A DNA stretch of 64,000 nt from Podarcis filfolensis (lineage: Eukaryota): NCBI GenBank assembly GCA_964270895.1, contig OZ185436.1, one strand, 5' to 3'. Numbering within the stretch: position 1 is the stretch's first letter; each line of letters opens with the position of its first letter. The position numbers and the translations under genes were made by a program. The notes beneath the pieces were generated by a model, which searched no databases, was not told the DNA's origin, and worked only from the letters and a program-made list of their open reading frames with translations. This document shows, one piece after another, positions 23,838-36,499 of this stretch.

Positions 23838-23960
23838 GGGCCAATGTGGTGTAGTGGCTAAATTGTTGGACCAGGAGAACAGAGTTTCAATCCCCGCTCA
23901 GCCATGAAGCTCATTGAGTGACCTTGGGCTGGTCACTGTCTCTTAGCCTAACCTACCTAA
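23838..23960 (+). mobile_element. MIR/Ther1-type (Squam3-like) SINE 5' part
   Basis: 'gccaatgtggtgtagtggcta…gtttcaatcccc…gtgaccttgggc…gtcactgtctcttagcctaacctacc'. Confidence 0.7.
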
Positions 23961-26429
23961 TGCAGCCTTCAAGTAAGACACAGCTGAAGGTGAATGCAAC
24001 TCAGGAACCAGAGAGATCCTAAAGGCCTGTGGACAACTTCCAGGCTTCTGTTCTAAGTTCAAGGCTCTGGAGATTTCTGTATGTGCTTGAGCCTCTGACT
24101 TCTCTTTTTTCTATTTTAAAACTAACCATTCTTCTTTCACTAAACCCATTGAACTTCTGCAATTGGCTGGGCTCATCTTACCCTTGCAGCTGGGAAGCAG
24201 GATGCAAAAGCTGGAAGCCAAGATGTTCTGGAGTTCTGCAGCTGTTCACAGACAGAGAAGCAAGTGGCAGCATCTCTTCGGGCAGCAATGCTTAATCATG
24301 CTACCCAGAACCTGTAGGTGGGATTGTAATCACCCTCTAAATTCAGTTTTGCAAGGGAATGATTAGATGAGCCTTGCAAGGCGCTGTGGTCTGGGAAAAT
24401 CCAGAATAAATTTTCTGCCATTCTAGCTTTATGCAGTGTGTTCCCCAGCACCCCATAGATTCACCTATATCATGTCTGCTACATCCTGTGATGAAGTGAG
24501 CCTGGGAGATGGGGAAGCCAGCCTGGGTTCCATTGAAGAGCAGTTGTTCCCTCCATTCTTCTGCCTGCTCCTTTCCTCCTTTTTTTAAACAAGCATTTAG
24601 AAGAGAGCAGCTGGGCTTCTAAAAGTTCGTTGCGATGACGGATAAATAATCTAAAGATTGGCTGAAACAAGCAAACAAACAAGCGGATGAAACCCTGAGG
24701 TCTTCTGGCTGGGGCCAAGAGCAAGGAGGAAAGTATTAGCAATTTCATCGCAGTAGAGAAAAGCAGGTGCTTTAGACATAATTCTAAAGCATCTCAGAAA
24801 GCAGAGTCAAGAAGATGCAAGAATGTACAAGTGATCATACAAGGTGTTGGCCCACATATGCCTAAGTATATAACTCAAGCATTCTGTGCAACTACAAAAT
24901 AAGGGAACTGGCGATTATTACTATGGAACTATTAGATACTGGAGAGAAGCATTCTGGGTTGTCCCAGGAACTGGAGGTGGTGATGGAGAGGATATTGAAT
25001 CGCTTGCAATCAAGCAGAGAGATGACAGGCAAGTGAAGGAAAGAAATAAAACACATATAGCAACTTCGCATCTGGCAAGACATCTGGCAATTCCCCTGCA
25101 ACCCACAGGAACTACTTGAGACTTGAATCATTGTACTAAATTGATAGGTTTTGCACTGTCTAAATTCAATGGAACACATCGTTTGGCATGCAGGGGCTTG
25201 GACTTGCCCGCCTCTGACACGGCAAACTGGATTTCAGAGGAAACATTGGAACATGCAATAACACAAACTATGTAGTAGGGAGCAGTGGCTCAGCTCTCTC
25301 CACACCTCACCGTCACACATTTAACATGGTTCCTGTTAAAACTACAAAGGCAGAAATTGTGGGGAGCAGTGCACATGAGTATGCTGGGTGCAGGAGCAGT
25401 GCACAGTGCCCTGCTCCCTCTACTCAATTTGTGCTCTCAAGCACTCCTGAATAGAACTGTAAGTCAAATGACACTGTGGTTTGATGTTGGCAGGAAGAGC
25501 CTTCCTCTAAGATACCTGCTGTTGAGCTGCCCTGCAGTGATATGAACTGGCTAAGGCAGGAGGCTAGTTCTGGAATGGGAGTAGACATCCTTGGTTATAT
25601 GGCATCTCAGTTATGGTAAATAATTGTCTTTGGGTTGGACTGCCTCTTCTGCTGCTGCTACATTGTGGAACACATCTGAATCTGTGTTGTGATCTATCAC
25701 CTGGATGTTCTGCCAGTGTGCACAAAGGATATCCAATACACACAGAGAGAGATCAGCAGCAATGCTGGTGTCCAGGAACATGTAGCAATGGACTGCAAAC
25801 TACGCTCTACAGACCCAGCTTTTATTTGACCAGGCTGTGGATTTATGCTCCCTGCTGTTCTATTTCATTGGCATTTGGAGTTTATAAAACAGGCAAACAG
25901 ACGGAGGAATCAAGCAGTTCACTCAAAAGATTCCACCCAATGAGCCCAATATCAATCTCACGCAGAAAGAGGGAGAATGCAAATTGTCTCCTGGAAGACA
26001 TCCAGTACTCATTCTGCAGGCACATCTCCCCTGCGCATCTGTTGCTAACACTTAGATGTGATGAGATCAGTATGTGGATGCAATGAGTGGCCATGCAAAT
26101 GTAGGAGTACATTTTGGATAATCTTAGTGACTCCCAATTATTTTCTCCTATTCCAGAACTCCAGTGCTATCCTATATCTCTTTGCTATACACAGTCAGGT
26201 GAACCAAAGTATACCTTGCCTAGCAGATGCAGAGGCAGAACTATGACATAAGATAAACAGCAAAGATTTCAGATGCTAAGCAGAAGAAAGTTACACCCAA
26301 CCAACAGTTTCGTCCATAGAGCTAGATACCAGTGGTTTATTTGGAATGCAAGGAGTAATGCGGACTAGACAGTCCAAGAAAGAGGCAGGAAACCGTCCTC
26401 ATGGCAGGATTAAAGTGAGTAACACATAA

Positions 26430-26895
26430 GGAAAAAAGCATGTTCTTTTATCTGTCCTAAATCTTCCAATGTTCAGCTTCATTGGTTGGCCACGAGTTCG
26501 ATTGTCAGGAGAGAGGGAGAAAAACTTTTCTCTACCCACTTTCTCCATGCCATGCATGATTTTATAATCATACATTATATCGTCTCTTGCATACCTTTTC
26601 TCCAAACTTTGTTGTTTAGTCGTTTAGTCGTGTCCGACTCTTCGTGACCCCATGGACCAGTCCCAAATGTTGTAACCTTGCCTGATAGGGGAGTTGCTCC
26701 AGCACCTTAACCACTTGGGTTGCCATTTTCTGAACGTTTTTGAACTCTACAACATCCCTTTTGGGTGGAGGTGACTAGAAAGGTACACAGTATTCCAAAT
26801 GTGCTCATACCATAGATTTGCATTACGGTATTGGCAGCTTTATTTTCAGTTGCGTTCTTAATGATCCCTAGCATGGGATTTGCTTTTCTTTCAAC
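26430..26895 (-). mobile_element. CR1 LINE RT C-terminal fragment, interrupted by a BovB tail
   Basis: Minus translation LEKR…DYKIMHGMEKVGREKFFSLS…RTRG.PMKL…RFRTDKR and upstream KANPMLGII; frameshifted. Confidence 0.85.
26609..26660 (-). mobile_element. 52-bp BovB extreme 3' end
   Basis: Reverse complement ctggtccatggggtcacgaagagtcggacacgactaaacgactaaacaacaa, the same terminus as the element at 9647-9752. Confidence 0.9.
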
Positions 26896-28150
26896 AAACT
26901 ACACTTCCCAGGATTCTTTGAGGAAAGTAATGAGCTTTAAATGTGCATTTGAATACGTTTTAAATTCATGGCGTGGATCTTCCCATTGTGGCGGGACATC
27001 ATTTCTGACCCAAGTTCCATGTTTCTCAATGACTTTCTCAGCTGACGGGAGCCATTTGGGACAGATGCAAGATGGATGTCGCACCTCCACCTAGTTGAAT
27101 GGCTTGGCCATTTTCTTGCAAATGAGCCCAGCTCTTTGGAAAGGGAACCCTCAGGTGGCAGCAGGCTGCCCTTGTACTCAATCAGCTCTGCATTATACAA
27201 CATGGAGTGCAATTACTGAGCCTGCTCTTAAACTTCATTTAGGGGCCAGGGGAGCAATTTTTTGATTTATGAAATAATATCTTTCTCCTTTTGTGCAGTA
27301 AATATTTGGCGAGCATACGGGTAGATGCTCATTCATATCTTGCTGCAGGGCATGTTCTGTAATAACATCACTCAGTTTGCAATATAGACAACAGCTGGGA
27401 AGAAGTACAGGGAATTCAAGGATCGTCGAAAGTTCCCGTACTGCACTTTGAAGGAGGCAAAACAAGCAGAACAATTCATGTTTGGAATAATGAGGAAATT
27501 ACAGGAAACTATGACCCAGCTGATCAAGCATGTCTACCCCAGCCCACACACTCAGTGGCTGAACTTGTTTCATATCCTCTTAGGGCTGAACTTTTCCTTG
27601 ACCATTCTAACCAATGCCACTTCCTCAGCTCTTTTGTTTAATTGGAAAGGACACAGACCCATGTCACAATCTGTGAATTAAGAAGCTGAGGGTGTTGTTG
27701 CACTACTGCTCATTAAAAAAATACTTATGGGGCACCCCACTGAAACAAAGTATGTGTAACCAATTCATATTTCAAGCGATGCATCCCATAAGTCATTTGT
27801 CAGTTTGAGGGCTTAGAACAAAGGTGAGCAAGCTTTGGCTTTCCAGATGTCAGACTCCAGCTCCCATCAGCCTCAGTGATTTGAAGAACAGTCATCTAAC
27901 TATATTTGGATGCAGCTGCAGTGGTGGTCAATTCTGAAGATAGCCCACCCTGAAAGACAGGCTGCAGAGCTACCTGTAGCATCCTCATGTCTAGATCTCT
28001 GTGGCTCCTGTTGTAACTGCACAGCTTTCACCATGGCTCAGTATAAGCATCAAACCACCACTAGGTGGAAGATGACTTTTCATACCCTCTATTATGGGAT
28101 GTGGGGCATAGAGGGTGACTTGGAATGAGTAGTCTCCAAGCTTTGGGATA

Positions 28151-28151
<1 letters not shown>

Positions 28152-28199
<48 letters not shown>
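28152..28199. repeat. (ATT)16 microsatellite
   Basis: Direct reading. Confidence 0.95.
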
Positions 28200-29126
28200 T
28201 TGGTGCCACAAGTCTGCATTGAGCTGTGCAACATCCAAGCAAACAAGTAATCCTAAAAGCACAGTGAGGGTAATTATTTTGGCGAGAGAACTCTGCCTTT
28301 CTCTTGCTCTTCAAGCCTCCAGGTGATTCATTTCTCTATTCCACTTCATAGCATAAGGCTAGGCAGTAAGGCATTGTGGGTAAGCTAGCTATTTCAAGAA
28401 TAATTGCAGAGCAGAACACTTATCCTTACAAAGGAGACATTTATTTACCAGAGGCAGAATGGGAGAAGGGTTTAGGCAAGCAGAGAAAATAAACTTCAAA
28501 ACACATTGCTAGCTAAATTACTTTAGTTTATTTGCCCTTGATCTCTCAAGTGTAGGCTGCGCTTACTTTAGGGAAAGGCCAGGAAATGCTGCATTGGTCA
28601 CTTCCACATCAAAAGGGCCTCCTTTATACAATGAAAGATATTTCTTGCTGGGGCAAGGGAGAAGAACCTGCTCTGTGGACCAGTCCCAGAAGGACACAGC
28701 AGAATCTTCAAGGGGCAATTGTAGGATTATTGAGGACAAGGTAGAATAATATTGCGGGGGGGGGGGGACTCCCTATCTTTTACTTTGAGTGTTACTGGTG
28801 CATCTTATTTGCCATATTGAGCTATCACAATTTTATGTTTGCAGTCTTTGATTCTTCTGTGAGCTTCAAATATTTGCAATAAAAATATACAAGGGATGGG
28901 GAGAGAGAATAAGGGTGTCATTGAAATCTGCCTTTATGGTTCTTTCACTGCAGAAAGAGTTGGTCATTCTGGCATGTTACAATGCCAGAAACTCCTGAGC
29001 TGTGCAAACTAGGGCCCAATGGTAGAAAAAGAAGGGTAACACGAGGCAGCTCTTCTTGCATCAAAAGAGCTGGGATGCAGAAATTAAGCTTGTGAGTTCA
29101 ATGGCTCCCAGAAATGCTGCAGTCTC

Positions 29127-29628
29127 TTTTTTATAATAATTTTTTAATTAAATTTTAGCATATTATCATACATGCCACAAAATTTCATATCTTATACAAT
29201 CTTTTTGGACTTCCATCAGCACCTCTGATGATCCACCATTCTTATCATTTCTTCTGCATTTCTTAAATTCATATTGCCTTTAGTTATCTTAATTAACAAT
29301 CCTCCTCTTTGTCCATTTTTGCAATAATTCAAATAATTCACTCACAAAACTTCTTGCAAACCTACAAACGTAATCTGATTATCACAATTACTTTTCAAAT
29401 ACAAACACCAGTCTTCTGTGAATCTCTGGTCCCGCAGGTTTCGAATTCTTCCTGTCAGTTTGTCTAATTCTGCATAGTCCATCAATTTCATCCTCCATTC
29501 TTCTTTCGTCAGTAATTCTTCTTGCTTCCATTGTTGTGCCAATAATATTCTTGCTGCCGTCATTACATATAAAATCAACTTACAATCCTTTCTATTTATA
29601 TCCTCTCCTACAATGCCAAGTAAAAATG
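29127..29628 (-). mobile_element. 5'-truncated L1 LINE (ORF2 C-terminus plus 3' UTR)
   Basis: Minus translation FLLGIVGEDINRKDCKLILYVMTAARILLAQQWK…EWRMKLMDYAELDKLTG, short A tail. 18-bp TSD CAGAAATGCTGCAGTCTC at 29109-29126 and 29629-29646. Confidence 0.88.
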
Positions 29629-29799
29629 CAGAAATGCTGCAGTCTCAAGAACACCAGCTTCAGCTAGAGAGCCAAGGTGCATTTTGTCCCCTGGCCTGCC
29701 TTGTACAATCCAGTACTAGAGTCATGAATTGGAAATCAAGTAGATCTGTTTTGTTGGGGCTCCCGACAACTGGAGCCCCACATAATGTGTACGCAGGCA

Positions 29800-30300
29800 C
29801 CTGTTCAGATGCACACGTGCATATTCGTGTCTCTTCTCCCTTGGTTTTGCCGAGGAACGGTTCTAGCATCGTTAGCAGGGCTGAAGTCATCATTTTTAAA
29901 AACCGAGTCCTTTTTGTGCTTTCTCAGGATGAGAGAAATGCATTTAAAGGTAATTGGATCCAGTTACTTCCTAAACAGCTAAATATTTACATGGAGGCGG
30001 CCTATTAATCACAGCCCCATATGGCAGGAACGCTTGCGCAGACACTTTGGGCGAGGGCTTTGCGCCAGTCTGCTTGTCTCACGGACGTCTCCCTGACAGC
30101 TCCACTTCCATCACAATCAGCTGCGACACCATAATTACAGATTCGGGAGGTTTGCCGCCTTCGAATGATTGATTGTTTGATACACACAATTTAGGAGATA
30201 GATGTTCTTATGTAAATTAACTATTTAGCGAGGGACATAGCTACACGGCAAAGAAAACCAGGAAGAAGCAGTTATGCCTTGCTAGGCCGACGTGTCACTG
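29800..30300. promoter_or_regulatory. Candidate conserved non-coding or enhancer block
   Basis: Repeat-free; 10 CpGs in 30001-30180; TGACAG (30094), CCATAATTA (30129), TGATTGAT (30166). Conservation not verified. Confidence 0.45.
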
Positions 30301-31896
30301 TAGAGATTTGGGTTTCTTGATAGGACGCTGAAGTGAAGACTGTCTCCAGTCTCTTCATGATGGCCGTGAGGGGTTTCTTAACTTAGCATTGGGTAGAAAT
30401 ATTGATGATCTGTCTTTGCCGTCCAGATTCCAAGGGCTCCGGAATAGGACTGATTCTTAGGGTGAATCCATACAAAAGCTTTCTGAGAGAGATAGTGGTG
30501 GTATAATATCTTAAATGGTATCCGACTATTGTTTCTGTTTACAGGTTTTCATAGTGTTTCAATAATGCGTAAAATTTTATTTTACTAGAGAAGTAAAAAG
30601 AAGCAAAAGAAACTCATGTGCACCCCACAGGAAACAGTGTCTCTGTTTTATCATGTTGGCATGGGATTGCCTGCTTTTAGTCCTGTTAAATATAACACAA
30701 ACACCAAGCAAACAAGAAGTCCAAATCTTTAGTGGTCGCTTATGTTCTTAATATGAACTGTGGTCTTCTTACCCATTTCCCAGTCAAAGGAACGCACAAA
30801 GCAGATAGTTAAGTATTTATTGTCAGAAATAACGCTTACAGTTCTGGATATCTACGCATAACAACCTAATGGCTATGAACCTATTCCCAAGTCTGCGTCC
30901 TCTGGAGTGGTTGCAGCAACAGGGGACCACTCTCCCTCCACCAGTTTATGTACCTTTCCCCAACAGGCTGGGGAATAAAAGCCTTTTCGGAGTCCTGGTT
31001 GCTGCTTCAGTTCCATTGCTTGTTTGCTTTCTCAATTGGTTTCTCCCTGGAAACTGTGAAGTTGTCACACAGTCAATGAGATTTAGCTACACAATTATGT
31101 CACTGAGGACAAATGAAGCTCATTCAAGATAATTCAGACTAAGGGGAATTCCCTAACTCCGTATAAGTTTGTTTGCCCTTGGCGACATTATCAGATTATT
31201 AAATCTCACTGGCTATGTGTGACAACTTCACTTCTTGTGTGAAGAGAAAACATTTTTTTCCCATTTTTTTAAATAAAAAGGCAAACAATTGAGGCTTGTA
31301 TGAACTTTAGCAAGTGGGTGCAAAAAGGCAAACAATTGGGAAGGATGGGGGATATTCCTCCCCCCCCCCAGTGCCTTTGCACTGAAATTGTTTACTGTAG
31401 AATACTCATCTCCACTGTAATTTTTTTTTAAGGTGAAACCACCATTTGTGCACACAGGAGGAATGGTCAGTCTAAGAAGAAAACTACTTAGTGCAGCTGT
31501 ACAGTTATTGCTGAGAGACATAAAGACCTCACACCTGTTCTGTGGATGCTGAAGAATCTCGTGAAAACTAAAACTCCCTCCTAGGACTTCCCAGGACTAA
31601 TTAAAGACACAAAGTTTTAGCATCTCTTGTCAGCAAATCCATGCCACCCACCCCCTGGTTGGAATTGTGTTGAGAAGTGCAAACATGGCTGGAATTTACC
31701 TTGAGAGACACTAAAGAGGGAGGAAAAGTTAGCAGAGGCCCTTCATAGTCTCTGGATAGGGCAGTTGGGAAATATTCAAAGTGAAAATCATGCTTTCTGT
31801 GTAGACTGTACTTTCCAAGGATCAAGATGGTAGATTTTAGTTATAGTGAAGACAAGGGGGTTGATAGCAGAGATTGACAGACAGCAGCTATCAATT

Positions 31897-32219
31897 GAGG
31901 GTGGGGGAGGAATTTGCTTAGTACCTAATCTGTACTTCCCAAACCAACAAGCAAGCTGAAGCACTGCTGTCCATCAGACTGTGCGGTTCTCTGAATTTTG
32001 TGATGCAGCCGTCCAACTGTGTGCAGGAAAATGGATTTATTAACAAAAATATGACACAGCGTATTAGGGGAAATTGCAAAAAGTGTGTATATTAGGCAAA
32101 AAATATCAGGAGAAATGGGCACAAAAATGCATATGAATTTTTGTGCAGGCATTTAAAAGAAAAATTCACAAACTGGTGCAGAAACTGAGAAACTGAAATT
32201 GACAGATTCATCACCAGTA
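31897..32219 (-). mobile_element. hAT-like MITE (TAGGGATG-type TIR), diverged
   Basis: Ends 'gagaaactgaaattgacagattcatc', the reverse complement of the start of the 51421 copy; same AT-rich interior. Confidence 0.65.
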
Positions 32220-32434
32220 GATGCCAGAGGGGCTGTTAGCAGGCCCTGTTTGTTTTTGCTGAGGCTAGAGTAGCTAGACATACAGGACTGTCATGGGGAG
32301 TACAAGAATGTGGTAGTGACTTGGCAAGTGCCCAAGCTCATACCTTGTATGAATCCACAATAGCTCTTAATGAAATAGTACGTCTTATGAGACTCCTGCC
32401 TCTGCTTGGCAGTTTCCCCTCCCATTTCTTCCCA

Positions 32435-32613
32435 GGGGCAGGGTCATAGTTCAGTGGTAGAGCATGTGCTTTTCATGCCAAAGGATCCCAGGTTCACTAT
32501 CTGGCATTTCCAGGTAAGGTTGGGAATGTCCGCTGTCTAAAACCCTGGACAGCCAGTGTAGACAGTACTGAGCCAGATGGAACAGCGGTCCGACACTGTA
32601 TTTTCTTATGTTT
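32435..32613 (+). mobile_element. Squam2-like tRNA-derived SINE
   Basis: 'catagttcagtggtagagcatgtgc…cccaggttcac…gtgtagacagtactgagccagatgg…ttcttatgttt'. Confidence 0.78.
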
Positions 32614-32828
32614 GGCAGTGACCTGTGTTCTTTATGGGGTGATGTCATTTAGCCAGCTGTTTTCAGATGTCCTACCCTCCAGGGAACCCTTTCCATTGCT
32701 GAGGATTCCCCCTCTCTCACACACACATACAGAATCCCAGTGTATTGCAAAAGTTTCTGGGGGACGTTTGGGCATTCACTCGGCGGACCTGGTGCACTGG
32801 CCAAGCCTAATGGGTTTCATTGTTGTTG

Positions 32829-32960
32829 GGACATAAGAAGAGTCCCACTGGATCAGGTCAATGGCCCATCTAGTTCAGCATCCTGTTCTCACAGGGGCCA
32901 ACCAAATGCCCCTGGGAAGCCCTGAATGCAACAGCACTCTTCCTACTTGTGTTTCCCTGC
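32829..32960 (-). mobile_element. CR1 LINE 3' UTR end
   Basis: 'acataagaagagtcccactggatcaggtcaatggcccatctagttcagcatcctgttctcacag' is the reverse complement of the CR1 3' terminus at 54.4 kb. Confidence 0.78.
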
Positions 32961-33711
32961 ATGAAGTGAGAATGTGACCTATCGTGCCCTCTTCATTCCC
33001 TTCGACTGCACATTATTGGAGATGGGCTAGAAAGCAATCTTACAGGGAAGCTTGGATACCAGTAACTGATATTCTCATTCAGGAACATCAAGAATCCCTA
33101 GAACACAGCTTGAAAGACATTGATCTAGCCCCTCAGGTGAGGTTCCTTTGCATCTACAGCCCCACTGACTGACAGCCATGTTATGTTGTTTGGGCTCAAA
33201 ACCATTATCACTCTTCACCTCCCCCAAAATCAAAAAGGACTTGCTTCTCTTTTCCTTTTGCACTGCAATGGCACTGGCACCAATACTGAATGGGTATTGT
33301 AATATTAACTTCCTAAATGTACTGCAGAAGGCAGAGTGAGGAGGAATTGCTGCAGTGGAGATAACCTTGCAGTGGATGGAAAAGCCTATTTGCTTTCCCA
33401 TTTTTAATAAAAAAGAGGGGCAGGTGTATGTGCATGTGGTGGCAAGCACACCCACATTCTCCCTTCTGAATTCAGTTCAACAGGAAACTTAGCAATGACA
33501 AATGTAATTTGAATTTAATTAGCATGGACATCTACTTCCTTTTGTGTGGGATTTCCCCTGGTGGTACCTTGCCAGTGCCAAGTGTAGATTATTATGTCTT
33601 AGCTGCAGAATCCAAATATTTGATTTAATGGCTCTGTACCTGGCTAGAGGAGCCCCATTTGCTTAATTAACTAGCCATAAGAGTCAGAAACCTTCTGTGG
33701 CATGTCAGCTA

Positions 33712-33915
33712 CTATAGTTGGGGCAGAAATTTAATTCAGATTCAGAAATAACGGGAGAAGCAAAACAAAATTCGCACTTTTCTGAATTTTGCAATGCAGT
33801 TTCCCAACAAAACAATAAAATCAACATTAGGAAAAATTGTGCAGGCAAACTTATAACATACAACAATGTATTATCTTGGGGGAAATTGCAAATAGCAAAA
33901 ATGGACACATTTTAG
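33712..33915. mobile_element. Fragment of the TAGGGATG-type hAT-like MITE family
   Basis: 'ttttctgaattttgcaatgcagtttccc…gggggaaattgcaaa' shared with the 31897 copy. Confidence 0.5.
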
Positions 33916-35051
33916 CACATTCTTTCCCTTTCTAGATAAGACACATCAGTCATAACCCATCAGGGATGATAGCACAATGCTCTGTAGTCAATCAGCTTTA
34001 AATACATGATTATGTCTCTGAGATCAATTGAAGTACTTTAAGAATGAGAGCAGGAGATGAGAACACAAACAAATACAGAATCGCATTTGCAAAGGGAGGC
34101 ATTTTTTCATCACTCCTAAGAGCGGTTGCAAAAAAACTTTCAGCCCAGATTAACTATCAGGTTTGTGGTTTTCTTACTCCAGGATCCTGTCCCCCTATAA
34201 TTATGGGAGAATCTGTGTCAAGTTCTCTAGAAAATGTAGCTTTGTGTGCACACTTAGTATAGCTAGAATTCATAGCAGGAGGTGAAAGCTGTAGCCTGTG
34301 CAAATTGCTGGTTCCCTTCTCCCAGGGGAGCCTTCCAGCCCCTGAATGATCAGTCCTCATACATTTCATTTGGGAAGAGGAAATGCCTCCATTGCGTTCT
34401 TGCCTGTGCTGGGAAGCATGCAGCTCTTGGCAAGCTGACTCAGCAATGTTTGGCAGAGTGGGAGCCGGTGACATATAGCAGGAGGCAGCTAATGCTTTGA
34501 TTGAGGCAGTGAAGGAATCTTCAAAGCAACTTTGCTTTATTACCTACTGGCTGGATTGTAGCTCAGCTTCCACTTGAAAACAGCCCATTACGCTTTACGG
34601 TAATAAAAACGAACACTTGGATATAAAATTTATTGCCACAGAATAATGAAATGCTGGCAAGGATTTTACTCGCTCAGATGTTCTGTTGATCTTTCCCACC
34701 CACTCTTTCGCACTCTGACTACAACTTAGAATAATAACATGGAGAATATAAAAAGAGAAAGCTGGGGAAGAGTTAAGAGAGCAGCTGTCCAGGCCAAACT
34801 CTTGCAGTGGAACTGGAAGCCTATACCTAGAACATCCTTGCATGGGGCTGCCCTTGAAGCTGGCCTGGAGGCTGCAGCTAGTGCAGAATGTGACTGCTAG
34901 GCTAGTAAGCGAGGCAGTCAGACAATGAACATCTGTATGCACCCTTAGTGTAGCTAGATATTCAGAGGAAGGGACATAGAGTAGAGAGGCAAGAACTGCA
35001 GCTTGTGGAAAATAGTTGGTTCCTGTCTTGAAAGTGTTTACACTGGCTGCC

Positions 35052-35106
35052 AGTGAGGTACCAGCCCAATTCAAGGTGATAGTGCTAGCATATAAAGCCC
35101 TAAATG
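35052..35106 (+). mobile_element. L2 RT C-terminal fragment
   Basis: Translates as AQFKVIVLAYKALNGL, typical of L2 ORF2. Confidence 0.6.
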
Positions 35107-35239
35107 GCTTGAGTATTATTTATTTATTTATTTATTATTAATTGTTATTTATTATTATTATTATTATTATTTCTATTTCTATTATTTCTTTATTAAAAGA
35201 TCCCAGGGTGGTGTACAATATTAAAAACACATTACAGAA

Positions 35240-35595
35240 TGGCAAATCAAGTTGATGGACTATGCCGAAATGGCAAAATTAACTGGGAAGCTCAGGAATC
35301 AAGAAGACAAGATTTATTTATTTTTTAAGGGAAATGTTTATAATGTATATACAAAATCATTGTAAGCAGGTCAAAAACATTAGCAGGATTTTAAATACAC
35401 TTGTAATAGAGCGTATAGATAACCTAGGAAGACGAAAAAACGGAGAAGTATTGATATACAGTTGAAAATAGAATCAAAGGGACCCAAGGAAGGAATGGGG
35501 GGAAGTCAGAAGATTCAGACTAATCTCGATATTTGGATTTTGAATTGTTTTATGTTGTATGTTTATATTTTTGAAAATCAATTAAAAAGATTATA
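35240..35595 (+). mobile_element. 5'-truncated L1 LINE 3' end
   Basis: (E)WQIKLMDYAEMAKLTGKLRNQED, homologous to the 29.1-29.6 kb copy. 17-bp TSD AAAAACACATTACAGAA at 35223-35239 and 35596-35612, with a TT/AAAA nick site. Confidence 0.88.
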
Positions 35596-36499
35596 AAAAA
35601 CACATTACAGAACACCAATGATAAAAACATAATAAAAATCATACTGACATACAGCCTAATAATAAAATAGTCATCATAATAACAGGCTCCTCCCGCACAC
35701 TTCCACTTTTAGATTATGTAATAGTCCAGAACAAGGCAAACCACAACTCATCACCGACCCAAAGGCTTCTCTGTCACTGACAGGCAGGCCACTCTTGAAG
35801 TATGTAGAGTATAGAGCATATTTTCCTGCAGAAATTACAGTGCTCTGTAGCAACAATGCAGATGGGAAGCTGCTTATATTTTGATACAGTTCAGATCAAT
35901 ATTCCCTGTGTTTCCAGTCTTTGAAGATCACATAAACTACCATCCAATCATTTCCAGTGCCTCTACTACTGATAAAATCTGTGGACCATGTATGCAGCTC
36001 TGTGAGACTTTGACAGGAAATAGATATTCCTTCTCTCCACCCTTCCTTCCTTCCTTTCCTCTCCATTCGCAAAGCATGTACCAAAGCTACGGCTATCTCT
36101 CTCACACACCCTAGAAAGAAAGAAAGCTTAATCTCCATCTTCCTGTTTCTTGATGTTACAAAATAGAGGGGGAAGAGTTAGAGAACAGCATGGAGACACC
36201 CTTCCCTGATTTCTCTCTCCCTTTTTTGGCATATCCTGTCAGCACAAAGAGCACCGCTGCTGTGTGTTCCTCCCCATACTTTTAATTAGTTGTTTCTAGT
36301 CTAGTTGTAGATATAGGGTCCCCTAATTACATATACGCGAATGAGGCATTTAGGAAGCTGGAAGAGGTAGACTCCCACGATGTCAAATTCAAGAGCAAAC
36401 AAAACCTTCCTCCCTAGCACTCTTTCCACTCCTATCCTATTGTGAGCCTGTAGAAATGCCTCAATAGTTGGCGGCAGAAATGTGAAGGCAGAAGCCGAA

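Noticed and set aside
27388-27681. 97-codon open frame (GKKYREFKDRRKFPYC…) and a Calx-beta-like look in another frame
   Set aside because: No splice signals, similarity too weak, and length within chance expectation.
30340-30455. Possible C/D-box snoRNA (ATGATG…CTGA)
   Set aside because: The C box is imperfect and there is no terminal stem; the motifs are too short to be significant.
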